Source: Candidatus Spongiisociaceae bacterium
Lineage (GTDB): Bacteria > Actinomycetota > Acidimicrobiia > Spongiisociales > Spongiisociaceae
Direction of reading: 5' to 3'
Length of the DNA: 64,000 bases
NCBI GenBank assembly: GCA_965219685.1
Contig: CBDCOH010000002.1
Location: forward strand, 1,312,001-1,376,000
Shown here: in pieces, positions 1 through 14,598 of the stretch
Position numbering within the stretch: position 1 is the first letter of the stretch
How the letters are laid out: each line of letters opens with the position of its first letter
The notes under the pieces: model-generated
The model's database searches: none
What the model was told of the DNA's origin: nothing
Seen by the model: only the letters and a program-made list of their open reading frames with translations
Translations under genes and position numbers: made by a program

Positions 1-524
1 TGCGATCGTCCCGCTCGTACACAGTCACCCGGTGCCCCGCCCTGGTCAACTGCTGGGCCGCGGCGAGACCCGCAGGGCCGGACCCGACCACGGCGACGCT
101 CCTGCCGGTCACGGTGGTGGGCATCACCGGCGCCACCCATCCTTCGGCCCAGGCCCGCTCGATGATCTCCAACTCGACCTGCTTTATCGTGACCGGATCC
201 GAGTTGATGCCGAGGACGCAGGCCGCCTCGCACGGCGCGGGACACAGCCGCCCTGTGAACTCCGGGAAGTTGTTGGTGGCGTGCAGGCGATCGATCGCCT
301 CCCTCCAACTGTCGCCGTAGACGAGGTCGTTCCAGTCGGGGATCAGGTTGCCGAGCGGGCACCCACCGTTGCAGAAGGGGATCCCGCAGTCCATGCACCT
401 CGACGCCTGGTCCCGTATGTCCTGGACGGGAAACTCCTTGTACACCTCGTGCCAGTCGTCGACCCGGGCGCCGGCCGGGCGCCGGGACGGCGTCCGCCGT
501 CCGTGTTTGAGGAACCCCTTGATG

Positions 525-532
<8 letters not shown>
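1..532 (-). CDS. gltD: Glutamate synthase small subunit (3' part runs off the window)
   Basis: Manual minus-strand translation from ATG at 532 gives [19 protein letters not shown]...[13 protein letters not shown]...[12 protein letters not shown]...[22 protein letters not shown]. Start overlaps the gltB end. Confidence 0.95.
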
Positions 533-5099
<4,567 letters not shown>

Positions 5100-5256
5100 C
5101 AACTTCCCTTCCCCCCATCGACCCACCTTACCGAGCCGTATCGTCCAGCCTGCTCGGGGCGGCCAACTGTGCGGTCGCCAGATAAAGGAACTCGATAATA
5201 CACGCCGGACCGGCAGGTAAGGCCCGTTGCGCTCGACGACCTGATAACTTGCCACG

Positions 5257-5715
5257 ATGCCAGTGATCGTGATCGGCGCCGATACCCCGGTGGGGGAAGC
5301 CATCGTTGCAGCCGTGCTCCCGTCGGCCGCGGAGATGAGGGCCTTCGTCTCAGACGTACGGTCCGTAGATCGTCTCAAGAGCCGGGGCGTGAAGGTGGCC
5401 CTAGGTGACATCTCCGACTTCTCCCATGTCGAAGCCGCCGCTCTGAACTGCTTCTGCGCGGTGGTGGTCGTCGACTCGGCCACCGACGACCGGGAGAGGG
5501 CTTTCGCCGGCAGTCCGCGCGAGATGGTGGATGGATGGGGCCGGGCCGTTCGCGAAGCGGGGGTTCAGCGGACCATCTGGATCAGCGCGGGGGACCCGCC
5601 CGTGCCCTTCCCGGCTCCGACACCCGAGGTAGCGACCGTGGCGGTCGCCGGCGATCTCGATCGGGCTGCGGAGGAAGTGGCCATGCTGGAGGGCTTGCAG
5701 AGCCTTCCTAACTGA
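5257..5715 (+). CDS. Short NAD(P)-binding Rossmann (NmrA-like) protein
   Basis: N-terminal [15 protein letters not shown] dinucleotide-binding-like motif; 152 aa. Confidence 0.7.
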   Translation: MPVIVIGADTPVGEAIVAAVLPSAAEMRAFVSDVRSVDRLKSRGVKVALGDISDFSHVEAAALNCFCAVVVVDSATDDRERAFAGSPREMVDGWGRAVREAGVQRTIWISAGDPPVPFPAPTPEVATVAVAGDLDRAAEEVAMLEGLQSLPN

Positions 5716-6832
5716 TTCTGTTCCGGTCCCTCAATGCTTCGCCCAGCAACCGGGGAGCTTCCTCGTGGGTAGTGGCATACGGGGCGACACGTAGCAGGCC
5801 GTCTCGCTCCGTCAAGGCGAACCCACTAGCGGTGAGTCGCTCGTATGTCTCAGCCGATGGCTCCCCGGCCGGCCGGAAGCTCACGATGCCGCTCCGCTCC
5901 AAGTCCGACCGCCTGGGGCAGACCAGTTCCGCACCGGCGCGTCGCGCCTCCTCCTCGACTGCCCGGGATCTGGCGATCACCTCTGCTTCTACCGCTTCCA
6001 TCGAAGCCGTCCCGAGTGCCTCCAACGAACCTCGCAAGGCTGCGACGGACGTGAAGGGGGGACTTCCGATCGCGAAGCGCCGGGAACTCTCGATGGGGGC
6101 GTGCGGGATCGGAGTCCGGGTGTCGAACGGATCGAGGACACCCGGCCATCCCACAAGGGTCGGGGACAGCCGCTCCAGGGCGCGATCGGACACCGCCATC
6201 AGCCCGACCCCGCCCCCGGAGCGCAGCCATTTGTGGCCTCCTGCGACAACCACGTCGGCCTGTTCCATCGAGAACTGCACCGCGCCCAGCGCCTGGACGG
6301 CGTCTACTACGAGCAGCGCGTCGCCGGCCGCCTCACGAATGGCCTCCAAGTCGCACCGGAAACCGGTCCGGTAGTCGACATGACTCACGGTGACGGCCAC
6401 CGTCGAGCCGTCCACTGCCCGGGCGACCAGATCGGCCGTCAGACGTCCCCCCGGCACCTCGACCATTCTCGGTTCGATGCGGCCCGACTCCCCCGCCCGC
6501 ACCCATGGGTACAGGTTGGCGGCGAACTCGGTCTCCGGCACGACCACCGATCCGGGCGGCAGGCCGAAGGCCACCGAGAACAGCCCGGTCGACGTGTTGG
6601 GGATGATCGCCACCCGTTCTGCCGAGGTTCCGATGAGTTCCGCCGCCAGCCGTGAGGCCGTCTCTATCTCGCCCATCACCACGGGGATCAGCTTTCCGTG
6701 CCTTCCCGACATCGCTTCGGACATCTCCGACAGACGCCTCCGGGCGGGTATCGACATCGCGCCTATGGCGGCGAAGTCCATGAAGCCGAAGGGCTCGTCG
6801 TACTGATCGAGGAATGATCGAGGTAGGGACAC
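5708..6832 (-). CDS. Class V aminotransferase-fold PLP enzyme
   Basis: NTSTG, VDAVQALG and GGHKWL (PLP lysine) motifs. Confidence 0.88.
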   Translation of the reverse strand: MSLPRSFLDQYDEPFGFMDFAAIGAMSIPARRRLSEMSEAMSGRHGKLIPVVMGEIETASRLAAELIGTSAERVAIIPNTSTGLFSVAFGLPPGSVVVPETEFAANLYPWVRAGESGRIEPRMVEVPGGRLTADLVARAVDGSTVAVTVSHVDYRTGFRCDLEAIREAAGDALLVVDAVQALGAVQFSMEQADVVVAGGHKWLRSGGGVGLMAVSDRALERLSPTLVGWPGVLDPFDTRTPIPHAPIESSRRFAIGSPPFTSVAALRGSLEALGTASMEAVEAEVIARSRAVEEEARRAGAELVCPRRSDLERSGIVSFRPAGEPSAETYERLTASGFALTERDGLLRVAPYATTHEEAPRLLGEALRDRNRIS

Positions 6833-6862
6833 CGGAGCCAGGAGCCTAATCCAGCAGGTTAT

Positions 6863-7025
6863 TAGTTCCTAGTCGGTAGTCTATAGTCGCTAGTTAGTCT
6901 GCGTTGGTGAACAGTATGTCGTACCAGTTACCATACTCATCAGCATTGTTTGGGTCTCGCATACCCCAACATAGTTATGACCCGATGTCCATAACTAACA
7001 ACTAATAACTAACAACTGGCAACTA
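6863..7025. repeat. Heptamer-repeat element copy A: TAGTYNN x5, about 90 bp spacer, NNAACTA x5 (inverted arms)
   Basis: Left arm 6863-6897 is TAGTTCC TAGTCGG TAGTCTA TAGTCGC TAGTTAG. Right arm 6991-7025 is ATAACTA ACAACTA ATAACTA ACAACTG GCAACTA. AT-rich in a GC-rich background. Confidence 0.9.
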
Positions 7026-7101
7026 AGCTCTGCAGGCCGGAGTAACGTTCGCGCCGGCGCCGGCGAGCGCCGGTCAGCGCATCCACGGATCCGGAGCGGA
7101 C

Positions 7102-8211
7102 ATGGCAGAACTTCCTTCCTCCGCCGCGGTGGTGGTCATCGGCGGGGGCGTCATGGGCGCTTCCGCCGCGTACCACCTCGCGACGGCAGGGGTGGAGGTG
7201 GCGGTGCTGGAGCGCGACACCATCGGCTCCGGTTCCACCGGAAAGTCCGCCGGCGGCTTCAGGGCCCAGTTCGCGGACCGGTTGAACGTCAGGATGGCCG
7301 TCGAGAACATCGGGCGGCTCGAGAGGTTCGAGTCGGACTTCGGGATCGACATCGACCTGAAGCAGCACGGCTACCTGTTCCTCCTCCGCGAGTCCGAAGT
7401 CGAGCCCTTCCGCCGTGCTGTCGCTCTCCAGCGGTCACTCGGAGTCCCGTCCGAACTCATAACCCCCGAGGATGCGCTCTCCATGGTGCCCGGAATCCGC
7501 ATTCACGACGTGGCCGCGGCCACCTTCTGCCCGTGGGATGGTTCCTGCACGCCCGAATCGGTTGCGCTCGGCTATGCACGAGCCGCTTCCCGTGCCGGCG
7601 CGGCGGTCGTCCAAGGCTGCGAGGTGACGGGAATCGCGGTCGCCGGAGACCGGATCAGGGGGGTGACCACCACGAACGGGTTCGTATCCACCCCCGAGGT
7701 GGTCCTGACCGCCGGGGTGTGGAGCCCCGAGCTTGCAACTCCTCTGGGTCTCCGCATGCCGGTGCGGGCGGTCAAGCGTCGCATCTGGTTGACGAGAGGA
7801 TCGGACCCTTTCCCTCGGCGCCTGCCCATGGTCATCGACTTTGCCACCGGGTTCTACTTCCATCGGGAGGCGAAAGGGCTGGCCATGGGAGGGCGTGCGC
7901 AGGCGATCGAGGACCTGGCGCCGGAGGTAATCAACCGGGCGCCGGGCCTGATCGAGATGGAGATAACCCACACCTGGTGGGGGTACTACGCGGTCACCCC
8001 GGACAACAACGCGATCATCGGGACCCATCCGGGCGTCGAACGCCTCCACTACGCCACCGGTTTCAGCGGCCACGGATTCCAGCAGGGACCGGTGGTCGGC
8101 GAGTACCTGGCGGAGTTGGTACTCGGAGCGGAACCCACATTCGACCTGTCGCCCTTCGACATGCGGCGGTTCGATACCGGGTCCGTCCTCCCGGAGACCG
8201 CGGTGATCTGA
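7102..8211 (+). CDS. FAD-dependent oxidoreductase (DAO / sarcosine oxidase beta-like)
   Basis: VVIGGGVMG, GSTGKSAGG and ATGFSGHGFQ motifs. Confidence 0.9.
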   Translation: MAELPSSAAVVVIGGGVMGASAAYHLATAGVEVAVLERDTIGSGSTGKSAGGFRAQFADRLNVRMAVENIGRLERFESDFGIDIDLKQHGYLFLLRESEVEPFRRAVALQRSLGVPSELITPEDALSMVPGIRIHDVAAATFCPWDGSCTPESVALGYARAASRAGAAVVQGCEVTGIAVAGDRIRGVTTTNGFVSTPEVVLTAGVWSPELATPLGLRMPVRAVKRRIWLTRGSDPFPRRLPMVIDFATGFYFHREAKGLAMGGRAQAIEDLAPEVINRAPGLIEMEITHTWWGYYAVTPDNNAIIGTHPGVERLHYATGFSGHGFQQGPVVGEYLAELVLGAEPTFDLSPFDMRRFDTGSVLPETAVI

Positions 8212-9458
8212 TGGCGCGTCCGGTTCTCACCGCGGACGACGTAGCCATGCTGAACGGCGAGCGCGGGCCTGCGGACGCCATGGCGATGCGACTCCTAGTC
8301 GGGCTCGGCGCAGCGACCGGCGCCCGCCGCATGATCGACATCTCCAGCGCGCACGTCGACGGAACGCTCTACCTGGGCGAGGCCAGCCTCGAATTCGCGA
8401 CCCGACTCCGGGATCTCGGAGGAAGGGTGAGGGTGCCCACCACGCTCAACGTGTCCTCCCTGGACCTCCTCCACCCGGACCTGTTCCTGGGAGAGGACGC
8501 CACCAGGCAGGCGGCGCTGGCGACCATGCGCGCCTACGTCGACATGGGTGGGCGCGCCACCTGGACCTGCGCTCCCTACCAACTGCCGGAGCGGCCGGGA
8601 CTCGGCGACCGCGTCGCATGGGGAGAGTCGAACGCGGTCGTATTCGCCAACTCGGTGCTGGGCGCGCGCACGCCTCGCTTCGGAGACTTCGTCGACATCG
8701 CCGCCGCACTGACCGGGCGGGCTCCGGAAATGGGGCTGTACCTGGACGAGAACCGCCGTGCCGGGGTTCTCTTCGATGTGTCCCGGATCGCTCGCCGCGC
8801 CCGCGCCACCGAAGAGTTCTTCGCGGTGCTCGGGATCATGGTCGGGTCGGCAGCCGGGATCACCGTCCCTGTCATCACCGGACTCGAGTCGGCCACCGAG
8901 GACCAGATGAAGGTGCTCGGCGCGGCGGCCGCATCGTCGGGAACCGTGGGACTGATCCATGTGGTCGGGCTGACGCCGGAAGCGCGTACTCTCGCCGAGG
9001 CCACCGCGGGGCGGGAACCGTCCAGAGTGGATGTGACTCCGGCGGCGCTCGACGCGACGTATACCGGGCTGACGAGCACCACGAGTGGAGCCCTCCGCAC
9101 CGTGAACCTGGGTACGCCGCACTACTCGTCCGACCAGATCGCCAGGTTGAGCTGTCTGCTCGACGGACGACCGGTACACGACCGGGTCACCTTCTACGTG
9201 AACACGGGCCGCGATGTGCTGGCTTCGGCCTCCGGCGTGAGCGACCTGGAAGCGCTCGGTGTGGTCTTCGTCGTGGACACCTGCACCTACGTGACACCCA
9301 TAATCCGGGATCGGAGCGGCGTTGCGATGACCGACTCCGCCAAGTGGGCCTACTACGCCCCGGGGAACCTCGGGCTGGACGTGGTGTTCGGTTCGACCGC
9401 GGACTGCGTGGAATCGGCCGTGGCTGGCCGCGTCATGAGGGGAAGCACACCGTGGTGA
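8211..9458 (+). CDS. Aconitase X catalytic (large) subunit
   Basis: SSAHVDG, PTTLN, TCAPY, WGESNAVVFANSVLGART, DTC and TDSAKWAYYAPG motifs. ATG at 8211 overlaps the upstream TGA; the ORF-track extension to 7533 is spurious. Confidence 0.9.
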   Translation: MARPVLTADDVAMLNGERGPADAMAMRLLVGLGAATGARRMIDISSAHVDGTLYLGEASLEFATRLRDLGGRVRVPTTLNVSSLDLLHPDLFLGEDATRQAALATMRAYVDMGGRATWTCAPYQLPERPGLGDRVAWGESNAVVFANSVLGARTPRFGDFVDIAAALTGRAPEMGLYLDENRRAGVLFDVSRIARRARATEEFFAVLGIMVGSAAGITVPVITGLESATEDQMKVLGAAAASSGTVGLIHVVGLTPEARTLAEATAGREPSRVDVTPAALDATYTGLTSTTSGALRTVNLGTPHYSSDQIARLSCLLDGRPVHDRVTFYVNTGRDVLASASGVSDLEALGVVFVVDTCTYVTPIIRDRSGVAMTDSAKWAYYAPGNLGLDVVFGSTADCVESAVAGRVMRGSTPW

Positions 9459-9871
9459 GAAGCGTCCTGGAGGGCACTCCCGTGGTTGCGGCCACAGCCG
9501 AGGGGATCTCTCTGGTTCTGGAGGAGCCGCTCAGCTGGTGGGGAGGGATCGACTCGGCGAGCGGCGCGGTGATCGACAGACACCATCCACAGTACGGGGC
9601 GGAAACGTCCGGCCGGATACTGATTCTTCCGCACGGGCGGGGCTCCTCGGGAGGTTCTGCAGTGCTCGCCGAGTCGATCCGGGCCGGGACGGGCCCCGCC
9701 GGACTGGTGCTCCGGGCCGTCGACCCGATACTGGTCGTGGGGCTTCTCGCGGCGGTGGAACTGTACCCCGGCCGCCCCTGCCCGTTGGTGGTGGTAGCGG
9801 AGGGGTACGAGAGGCTCACCGGCGGATCGCCCACCTGCATTCGAATCGACGGCAAAGTGGAACAGTGGTGA
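9455..9871 (+). CDS. Aconitase X swivel (small) subunit, DUF126
   Basis: LSWWGGIDSASGAVIDRHHP and GRGSSGGS motifs; GTGA overlap with the large subunit. Confidence 0.88.
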   Translation: MRSVLEGTPVVAATAEGISLVLEEPLSWWGGIDSASGAVIDRHHPQYGAETSGRILILPHGRGSSGGSAVLAESIRAGTGPAGLVLRAVDPILVVGLLAAVELYPGRPCPLVVVAEGYERLTGGSPTCIRIDGKVEQW

Positions 9872-9934
9872 GTAGTGAGTAGTGAATAGTGAGTGGGTCG
9901 GCACCATTCACCACTCACTATTTACCATTCACCA
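9866..9934. repeat. Heptamer hairpin (TRGTGAR x4 and complementary arm) between convergent genes; possible bidirectional terminator
   Basis: TGGTGAG TAGTGAG TAGTGAA TAGTGAG TGG, loop gtcggca, then CCA TTCACCA CTCACTA TTTACCA TTCACCA. Contains the stop codons of both flanking genes. Confidence 0.88.
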
Positions 9935-10547
9935 GCCGAGCCAGTTGGTTCACCGACTCGAGCGCGGTTACGGCTAGTTCGATACGCCGCGCCGGGTCGT
10001 CGGACTCGAGGATCATCTGGCGGTCGAGATCCGGGACCGGGAGCAGGTCGACAGCCCGATAGGCCGCGGCCAGGGTGTCGGCGGGCAAGGGATCGATGTT
10101 CCTGGTCTCGGCGCCCATCTCGGCGAACAGAGCCAGCCCGCGCCGGAACTCGCGCAGAAGACGCTGGTGGAGGCGGCTCCCGGAGGCGTCGCAGGGTGGA
10201 TCGGGCAGGTACCGGACTCGAGCCTGGGGATAGGGCGCATCGTCCAGCCACTCATCGACCCTGAGGCGTGAAACGCCGCGGGCGATCACGAGGAGATGAC
10301 CATTGCCGAGCAAGGCCACCTGGGTCATCGACACCGACACGCCCACATCGAAGCGGGTGTCCCCGCCTCCCACCTCGCTCCCCCTTTCGATCAGGACCAC
10401 CCCGAAACCGATCTCTCGGCGGACGCACAACTCGATCATCTCCACGTATCGCGGCTCGAAGACCCGCACCTTGAGGAGCGCTCCCGGGAACGTCCCCCGG
10501 CTCAGGGGGAACATGGGTAGCCACTCCGCCCCCTCGTGCTCAGGCAT
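9918..10547 (-). CDS. LON peptidase substrate-binding domain protein
   Basis: LPMFPL...FPG...VFEPRY...FGVVLIERGSEVGGGD. Confidence 0.88.
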   Translation of the reverse strand: MPEHEGAEWLPMFPLSRGTFPGALLKVRVFEPRYVEMIELCVRREIGFGVVLIERGSEVGGGDTRFDVGVSVSMTQVALLGNGHLLVIARGVSRLRVDEWLDDAPYPQARVRYLPDPPCDASGSRLHQRLLREFRRGLALFAEMGAETRNIDPLPADTLAAAYRAVDLLPVPDLDRQMILESDDPARRIELAVTALESVNQLARLVNGK

Positions 10548-11031
10548 CGCCGGGAGGAACGGGGCCGGGGGCGGGCCGGCGGGGCCGGGCTGTCCGCTTG
10601 TCCACCCGGAACCGGATCCGGGCTACCTCGGTGTCACCCACGAAGATGGGGAACGCGTATCCGCCCGGCTTCGGAAACAACAGGTTGTTGAAGGTGAAGG
10701 CCCTCGTCAGGCCCGTGTCGCTCCCGGCAGGCCGGCCCATGCGACGTGTGACCTTGATCTTCTGCGAGAACCGTTTGCCGCCGAACAAGCTCTTACCGTC
10801 CTCGTCGACGAGGTCGACCGACAGGGTGAACTCTTCGATCTGCGACCACGGCACGCGGATCCTTATACCTATGCCCATCGACGGGTGCCGGGCGGGAAAG
10901 GACCCCACCCACAGCATGTCCCAACCACCGCCCAGAACGTACAACTTGCCACCCACGGCCTGGACGGCGTCCGCCACGATGGCGAACTCGATCCTGGGCG
11001 TGGGATCGAGCGAGGTCTCGAATGAGTCCAT
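10540..11031 (-). CDS. Conserved hypothetical protein (DUF6941-like)
   Basis: ADAVQAVGGKLYVLGGGWD and FPKPGGY patterns. Confidence 0.65.
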   Translation of the reverse strand: MDSFETSLDPTPRIEFAIVADAVQAVGGKLYVLGGGWDMLWVGSFPARHPSMGIGIRIRVPWSQIEEFTLSVDLVDEDGKSLFGGKRFSQKIKVTRRMGRPAGSDTGLTRAFTFNNLLFPKPGGYAFPIFVGDTEVARIRFRVDKRTARPRRPAPGPVPPGDA

Positions 11032-11240
11032 CCCCCAACTCTAGGAGGGTTCACGCTCGGTTTCCGGCCCGCGTCTCCGCCTCGTGGGGGGCCAAATCCA
11101 TCTAGGATTGCTATGGTTCTCATTGACGATGGCTATGGTTCCCTTTCACGGGTGGGCCTGGGTCCAAAGTGGCCTTTCGTGTCCCGAAAACACCCTCCCG
11201 CCCAGGGGAATACATGTAGAAAGCCCGAGAGGAGGAATCA

Positions 11241-12272
11241 ATGACAAAGAGACGTTGGGCGGTGGCTCTGGCCGTCCTTGCACTTGCCTTCGCCGCGTGC
11301 GGTGGAGGCGAGGAAGCCGCTCCCGAGGAGACTGCGGCTCCCGCAGCCACGGAGGCTGCCACCACGACCGAAGCACCCACCACGGTGGCCGTGACCCCGA
11401 CCCAGAGTTCGGACCTCACCTTCCACATGGTCACGCACTCCGATGACGGCGTGTTCTGGTCCGTGGTCAAGAAGGGCGCCCAGGACGCAGCCGATGCCCT
11501 CGGCGTCGAGATGGTGTGGAGCCCATCCAGCAACGACCCGGAGAAGCAGGTACAGGACATGCAGGCCGCGGTCGCATCGGGTTCTGACGGGATCGGCGTG
11601 TCACTCGCCAACCCGGAGGCCCTCGGACCGGAGGTCGAGGCGGCGATCGCCGCGGGTATCCCGGTGATCACCCTGAACTCGGGCTCGAACCAGTTCAAGG
11701 AACTGGGTGCGATCACCCATGTCGGGCAGACCGAGATCGTGGCCGGTGAGGGCGCCGGCGAGCGCTTCAACGCACTGGGTGCCGGCAAGGTCCTCTGCGC
11801 CCAGCAGGAGCAGGGCAATATCGGTCTGGAGGAGCGCTGCCAGGGTCTTGAGGCGACCTTCAACGGCGAGGTCGTAACCCAGTTCGTCGGACTCGACGCT
11901 GAACCAGAGACCCAGATCAACACGATCGCGGCCGCGCTGCAGGCCGATAGCGACATCGACGGCGTGCTGGGTGTCGGCCCGAACGTGGCAGTCCGAGCAG
12001 TTGAAGCGGGCAACCAGGCGGGGCGCGACCTCGTTATCGGTGGTTTCGATATCTCCAACGATCTGATCGCCGCCATCGAGGCCGGGGATGTCGACTTCAC
12101 GGTTGACCAGCAGCAGTACCTGCAGGGCTACCTGACCGTCGTGTTCCTGTATCTCAATGCTACGAACCTCAACACCGTTGGTGGTGGTCTGCCCGTGCTC
12201 ACCGGTCCGGGCTTCGTGACCACGGACAACGTGGGCCAGGTCAAGGCCCTCGTCGACCAGGGCACGCGGTAG
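11241..12272 (+). CDS. Sugar (probably inositol) ABC transporter substrate-binding lipoprotein
   Basis: Lipobox AFAAC, FWSVVKKGA and TVDQQQYLQGY; upstream AGGAGG; iol context. Confidence 0.92.
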   Translation: MTKRRWAVALAVLALAFAACGGGEEAAPEETAAPAATEAATTTEAPTTVAVTPTQSSDLTFHMVTHSDDGVFWSVVKKGAQDAADALGVEMVWSPSSNDPEKQVQDMQAAVASGSDGIGVSLANPEALGPEVEAAIAAGIPVITLNSGSNQFKELGAITHVGQTEIVAGEGAGERFNALGAGKVLCAQQEQGNIGLEERCQGLEATFNGEVVTQFVGLDAEPETQINTIAAALQADSDIDGVLGVGPNVAVRAVEAGNQAGRDLVIGGFDISNDLIAAIEAGDVDFTVDQQQYLQGYLTVVFLYLNATNLNTVGGGLPVLTGPGFVTTDNVGQVKALVDQGTR

Positions 12273-12296
12273 CAGAAGGGGGACTGAATCAACCAT

Positions 12297-12325
12297 GGAG
12301 GGGGCCTGACAGTCAGGCCCCCTCC
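12297..12325 (+). terminator. Perfect inverted repeat after the binding-protein gene (terminator or mRNA-stabilising hairpin)
   Basis: GGAGGGGGCCTGAC-A-GTCAGGCCCCCTCC followed by TTGCTTT. Confidence 0.75.
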
Positions 12326-12453
12326 TTGCTTTCGGGACATGTCACCTGAGACCACTGCTTCCCTGTCCGCGGCCAACGGTCGAGAGGACGGTTCGGTAGG
12401 TTTCAGATCGTCAAGCGAAAGGAGGAGGGAACACATGAGCGTCTACCGGAAGG

Positions 12454-14598
12454 GTGGCCTCGATGGCTGCCGACACTAAGCCCGCTCCTGCGTCACAGGG
12501 CGATGAGCGGCTCGCCTACCGCGGTCCCATCCAGCGGCTACTGACCCGACCGGAGATCGGAGCGCTGGTCGGGACCGGCGCCATCTGGATGTTCTTCTGG
12601 TCCGTCAGCGATGTCTTCGGCACCACGGCGGGAACCAACAACTACCTGGACGTGGCCACCTCGCTCGGCATCATGGCGATCGCCGTGGCGCTGCTGATGA
12701 TCGGTGGCGAGTTCGACCTCTCCTCAGGCGCCATGACCGGCGCCACCGGGATGCTGGTGGTGCTGCTGGTGAAGGACACCGGCGAACTCGGGGGTCTGGG
12801 ACTCCCGCTCAGCGTCGCCATCCCGATCACGTTCCTGTTCGCCATGGGAATCGGATGGATCAACGGAACGCTGGTCGAGAAGACCGGGCTGCCCAGCTTC
12901 ATCGTAACTCTCGGAACGTTCTTCGTGCTGAGAGGCGCCAAGCTCGGCTTTTCCAAGCTGTTCGTCGACAAGGTGATCGTCGAGGGTCTCGACAACGCTC
13001 CCGACTACGACTTCTGGGCCAACATCTTCGGCGGTGTCTGGATCCGCAACGACCATCTGTGGGATTCGTTCCTGGGTGGTCGGGACATGGTGTTCGGGGT
13101 CCTCGCCACTCTGGGCGTCGTCGCACTCGTCGTGGGCCTCATGGAGTTGAGCCTGGTGCGGCGCGACCGCGCTAGTTCCGAGAACACCGGCGCAGCCATG
13201 GTCGGCACGGGCTCGGTGATCATCGCGCTCGCAGCCGCCGTGATCGGCTTGGTGGTTGCCTTCGCTCTGGTCGGCTTGGGCGACTCCGACAGCGTGTCCG
13301 ACAACTGGCTGCTGGTAGTGGCCGTGGCCGTGGCGCTCGTACTGGGTTTCTTGGCCGGTGTCGGCCTCATAAGGCAGACCCGCGGACCTTGGGGCAAGCT
13401 CAGCCAGGAAGGCATAGGGCTCACCGCCACCGTGGTCGGGCTGGCCGGAGCCATTGTGGGCCTGGTGCAGTTGACCGTCACCGACGGCGTCGACGCCAAC
13501 TGGACGTGGTCCATCGTGATGATCGCCGGCGCGGTGATCGCCATCTTCGGCTACTCGGCGTGGCGTTTCGAGCCCAGCAAGCTATTCAAGGGCGGCTTCG
13601 CGCTCACCAGGGACGTGGGCCGAAGGACAGCGATCGGCCTGGGGTTGATGATCCTCGGCATGATCCTCGGTGTGGCGATGGATTCGACCAGCGAGACGGT
13701 GCTCGGATTGCTGCTCACCGTGCAGGGTCTGCGCGCCATCCTCTTTGGTGGGCTGGTGATGGTAGGGGTGCTGATGCTCCTCAACGCCGCCCGGGACGCG
13801 GACTCCTCACCGGTGACCAGGTTCTCCATCACCGCAATCACCGGGGTCGCGATAGCCGTGGTCGGCTTCGTGATCCAGTCCGAGGCGGAGTCGGCCAAGT
13901 ACCGGGCCGAGTTCTTCGCCTGGATGATGGGAGCGGCGGTGGTGTTGCTGATCGTGGCCATGATCCGCCTCCTGTTCGACCAGCGCCGCCATGCCCATGC
14001 GAAGGCGGACAAGTTGGGCACCTCCCTATCGATCGCCGGAATCCTGCTGGTCGTGCTGGCCATCGCCGTCAAGCTGCTGTGGGCCACCTCGGAGGAGTTG
14101 GAGGCATCGCGGGCGCTGATCACCTACCGGGTGTCGATCCTCTACTTCTTCGCATTCGCGGCGTTCGCCACCTGGCTCCTGATGCGCACCAAGTTCGGGA
14201 GTTGGACTTTCGCCGTGGGTGGCAACAAGGAAGCCTCGCGCCAGGTGGGTGTACCGGCGGCACGCACCAAGACCCAGCTGTTCATGATGGTGTCTGGAGC
14301 ATCCTGGCTGGTCGGAACGCTGATTGCCTTCCGGCTCAACTCGGTCCAGGCCAATGTGGGAGACGGACAGGAGTTCTTCTACATCATCGCCGCCGTCGTT
14401 GGTGGGAACCTGTTGACCGGCGGCTACGGATCAGCGGCCGGCGCCGCCATCGGCGCCCTGATCATGGCGATGTCGTTCCAGGGGATCCCGTTCGCCGGAT
14501 GGAACTCCGACTGGCGGTTCTTGTTCGTCGGCGTGATCCTGTTGCTGGCGGTCATGGTCAATAACTATGTCCGCGGAAAGGCGGAGAAATCGAAATGA
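12454..14598 (+). CDS. Sugar ABC transporter permease with a large internal multi-TM insertion
   Basis: GGEFDLSSG and [10 protein letters not shown] at the N-terminus; [13 protein letters not shown] and [15 protein letters not shown] at the C-terminus; 714 aa. Confidence 0.9.
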   Translation: MASMAADTKPAPASQGDERLAYRGPIQRLLTRPEIGALVGTGAIWMFFWSVSDVFGTTAGTNNYLDVATSLGIMAIAVALLMIGGEFDLSSGAMTGATGMLVVLLVKDTGELGGLGLPLSVAIPITFLFAMGIGWINGTLVEKTGLPSFIVTLGTFFVLRGAKLGFSKLFVDKVIVEGLDNAPDYDFWANIFGGVWIRNDHLWDSFLGGRDMVFGVLATLGVVALVVGLMELSLVRRDRASSENTGAAMVGTGSVIIALAAAVIGLVVAFALVGLGDSDSVSDNWLLVVAVAVALVLGFLAGVGLIRQTRGPWGKLSQEGIGLTATVVGLAGAIVGLVQLTVTDGVDANWTWSIVMIAGAVIAIFGYSAWRFEPSKLFKGGFALTRDVGRRTAIGLGLMILGMILGVAMDSTSETVLGLLLTVQGLRAILFGGLVMVGVLMLLNAARDADSSPVTRFSITAITGVAIAVVGFVIQSEAESAKYRAEFFAWMMGAAVVLLIVAMIRLLFDQRRHAHAKADKLGTSLSIAGILLVVLAIAVKLLWATSEELEASRALITYRVSILYFFAFAAFATWLLMRTKFGSWTFAVGGNKEASRQVGVPAARTKTQLFMMVSGASWLVGTLIAFRLNSVQANVGDGQEFFYIIAAVVGGNLLTGGYGSAAGAAIGALIMAMSFQGIPFAGWNSDWRFLFVGVILLLAVMVNNYVRGKAEKSK

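Noticed and set aside
5100-5483. N-terminal extension of GltB to 1652 aa
   Set aside because: It overlaps the divergent 5257-5715 gene, and the family N-terminus begins near MAGLY..HEACG.
6863-7025. Repeats considered as a CRISPR array
   Set aside because: The period is 7 nt with no unique spacers, and no cas genes are present.
7533-8210. 641-aa ORF suggesting a fused or extended aconitase X
   Set aside because: The upstream part is an alternate frame of the FAD oxidoreductase; the real start is the coupled ATG at 8211.
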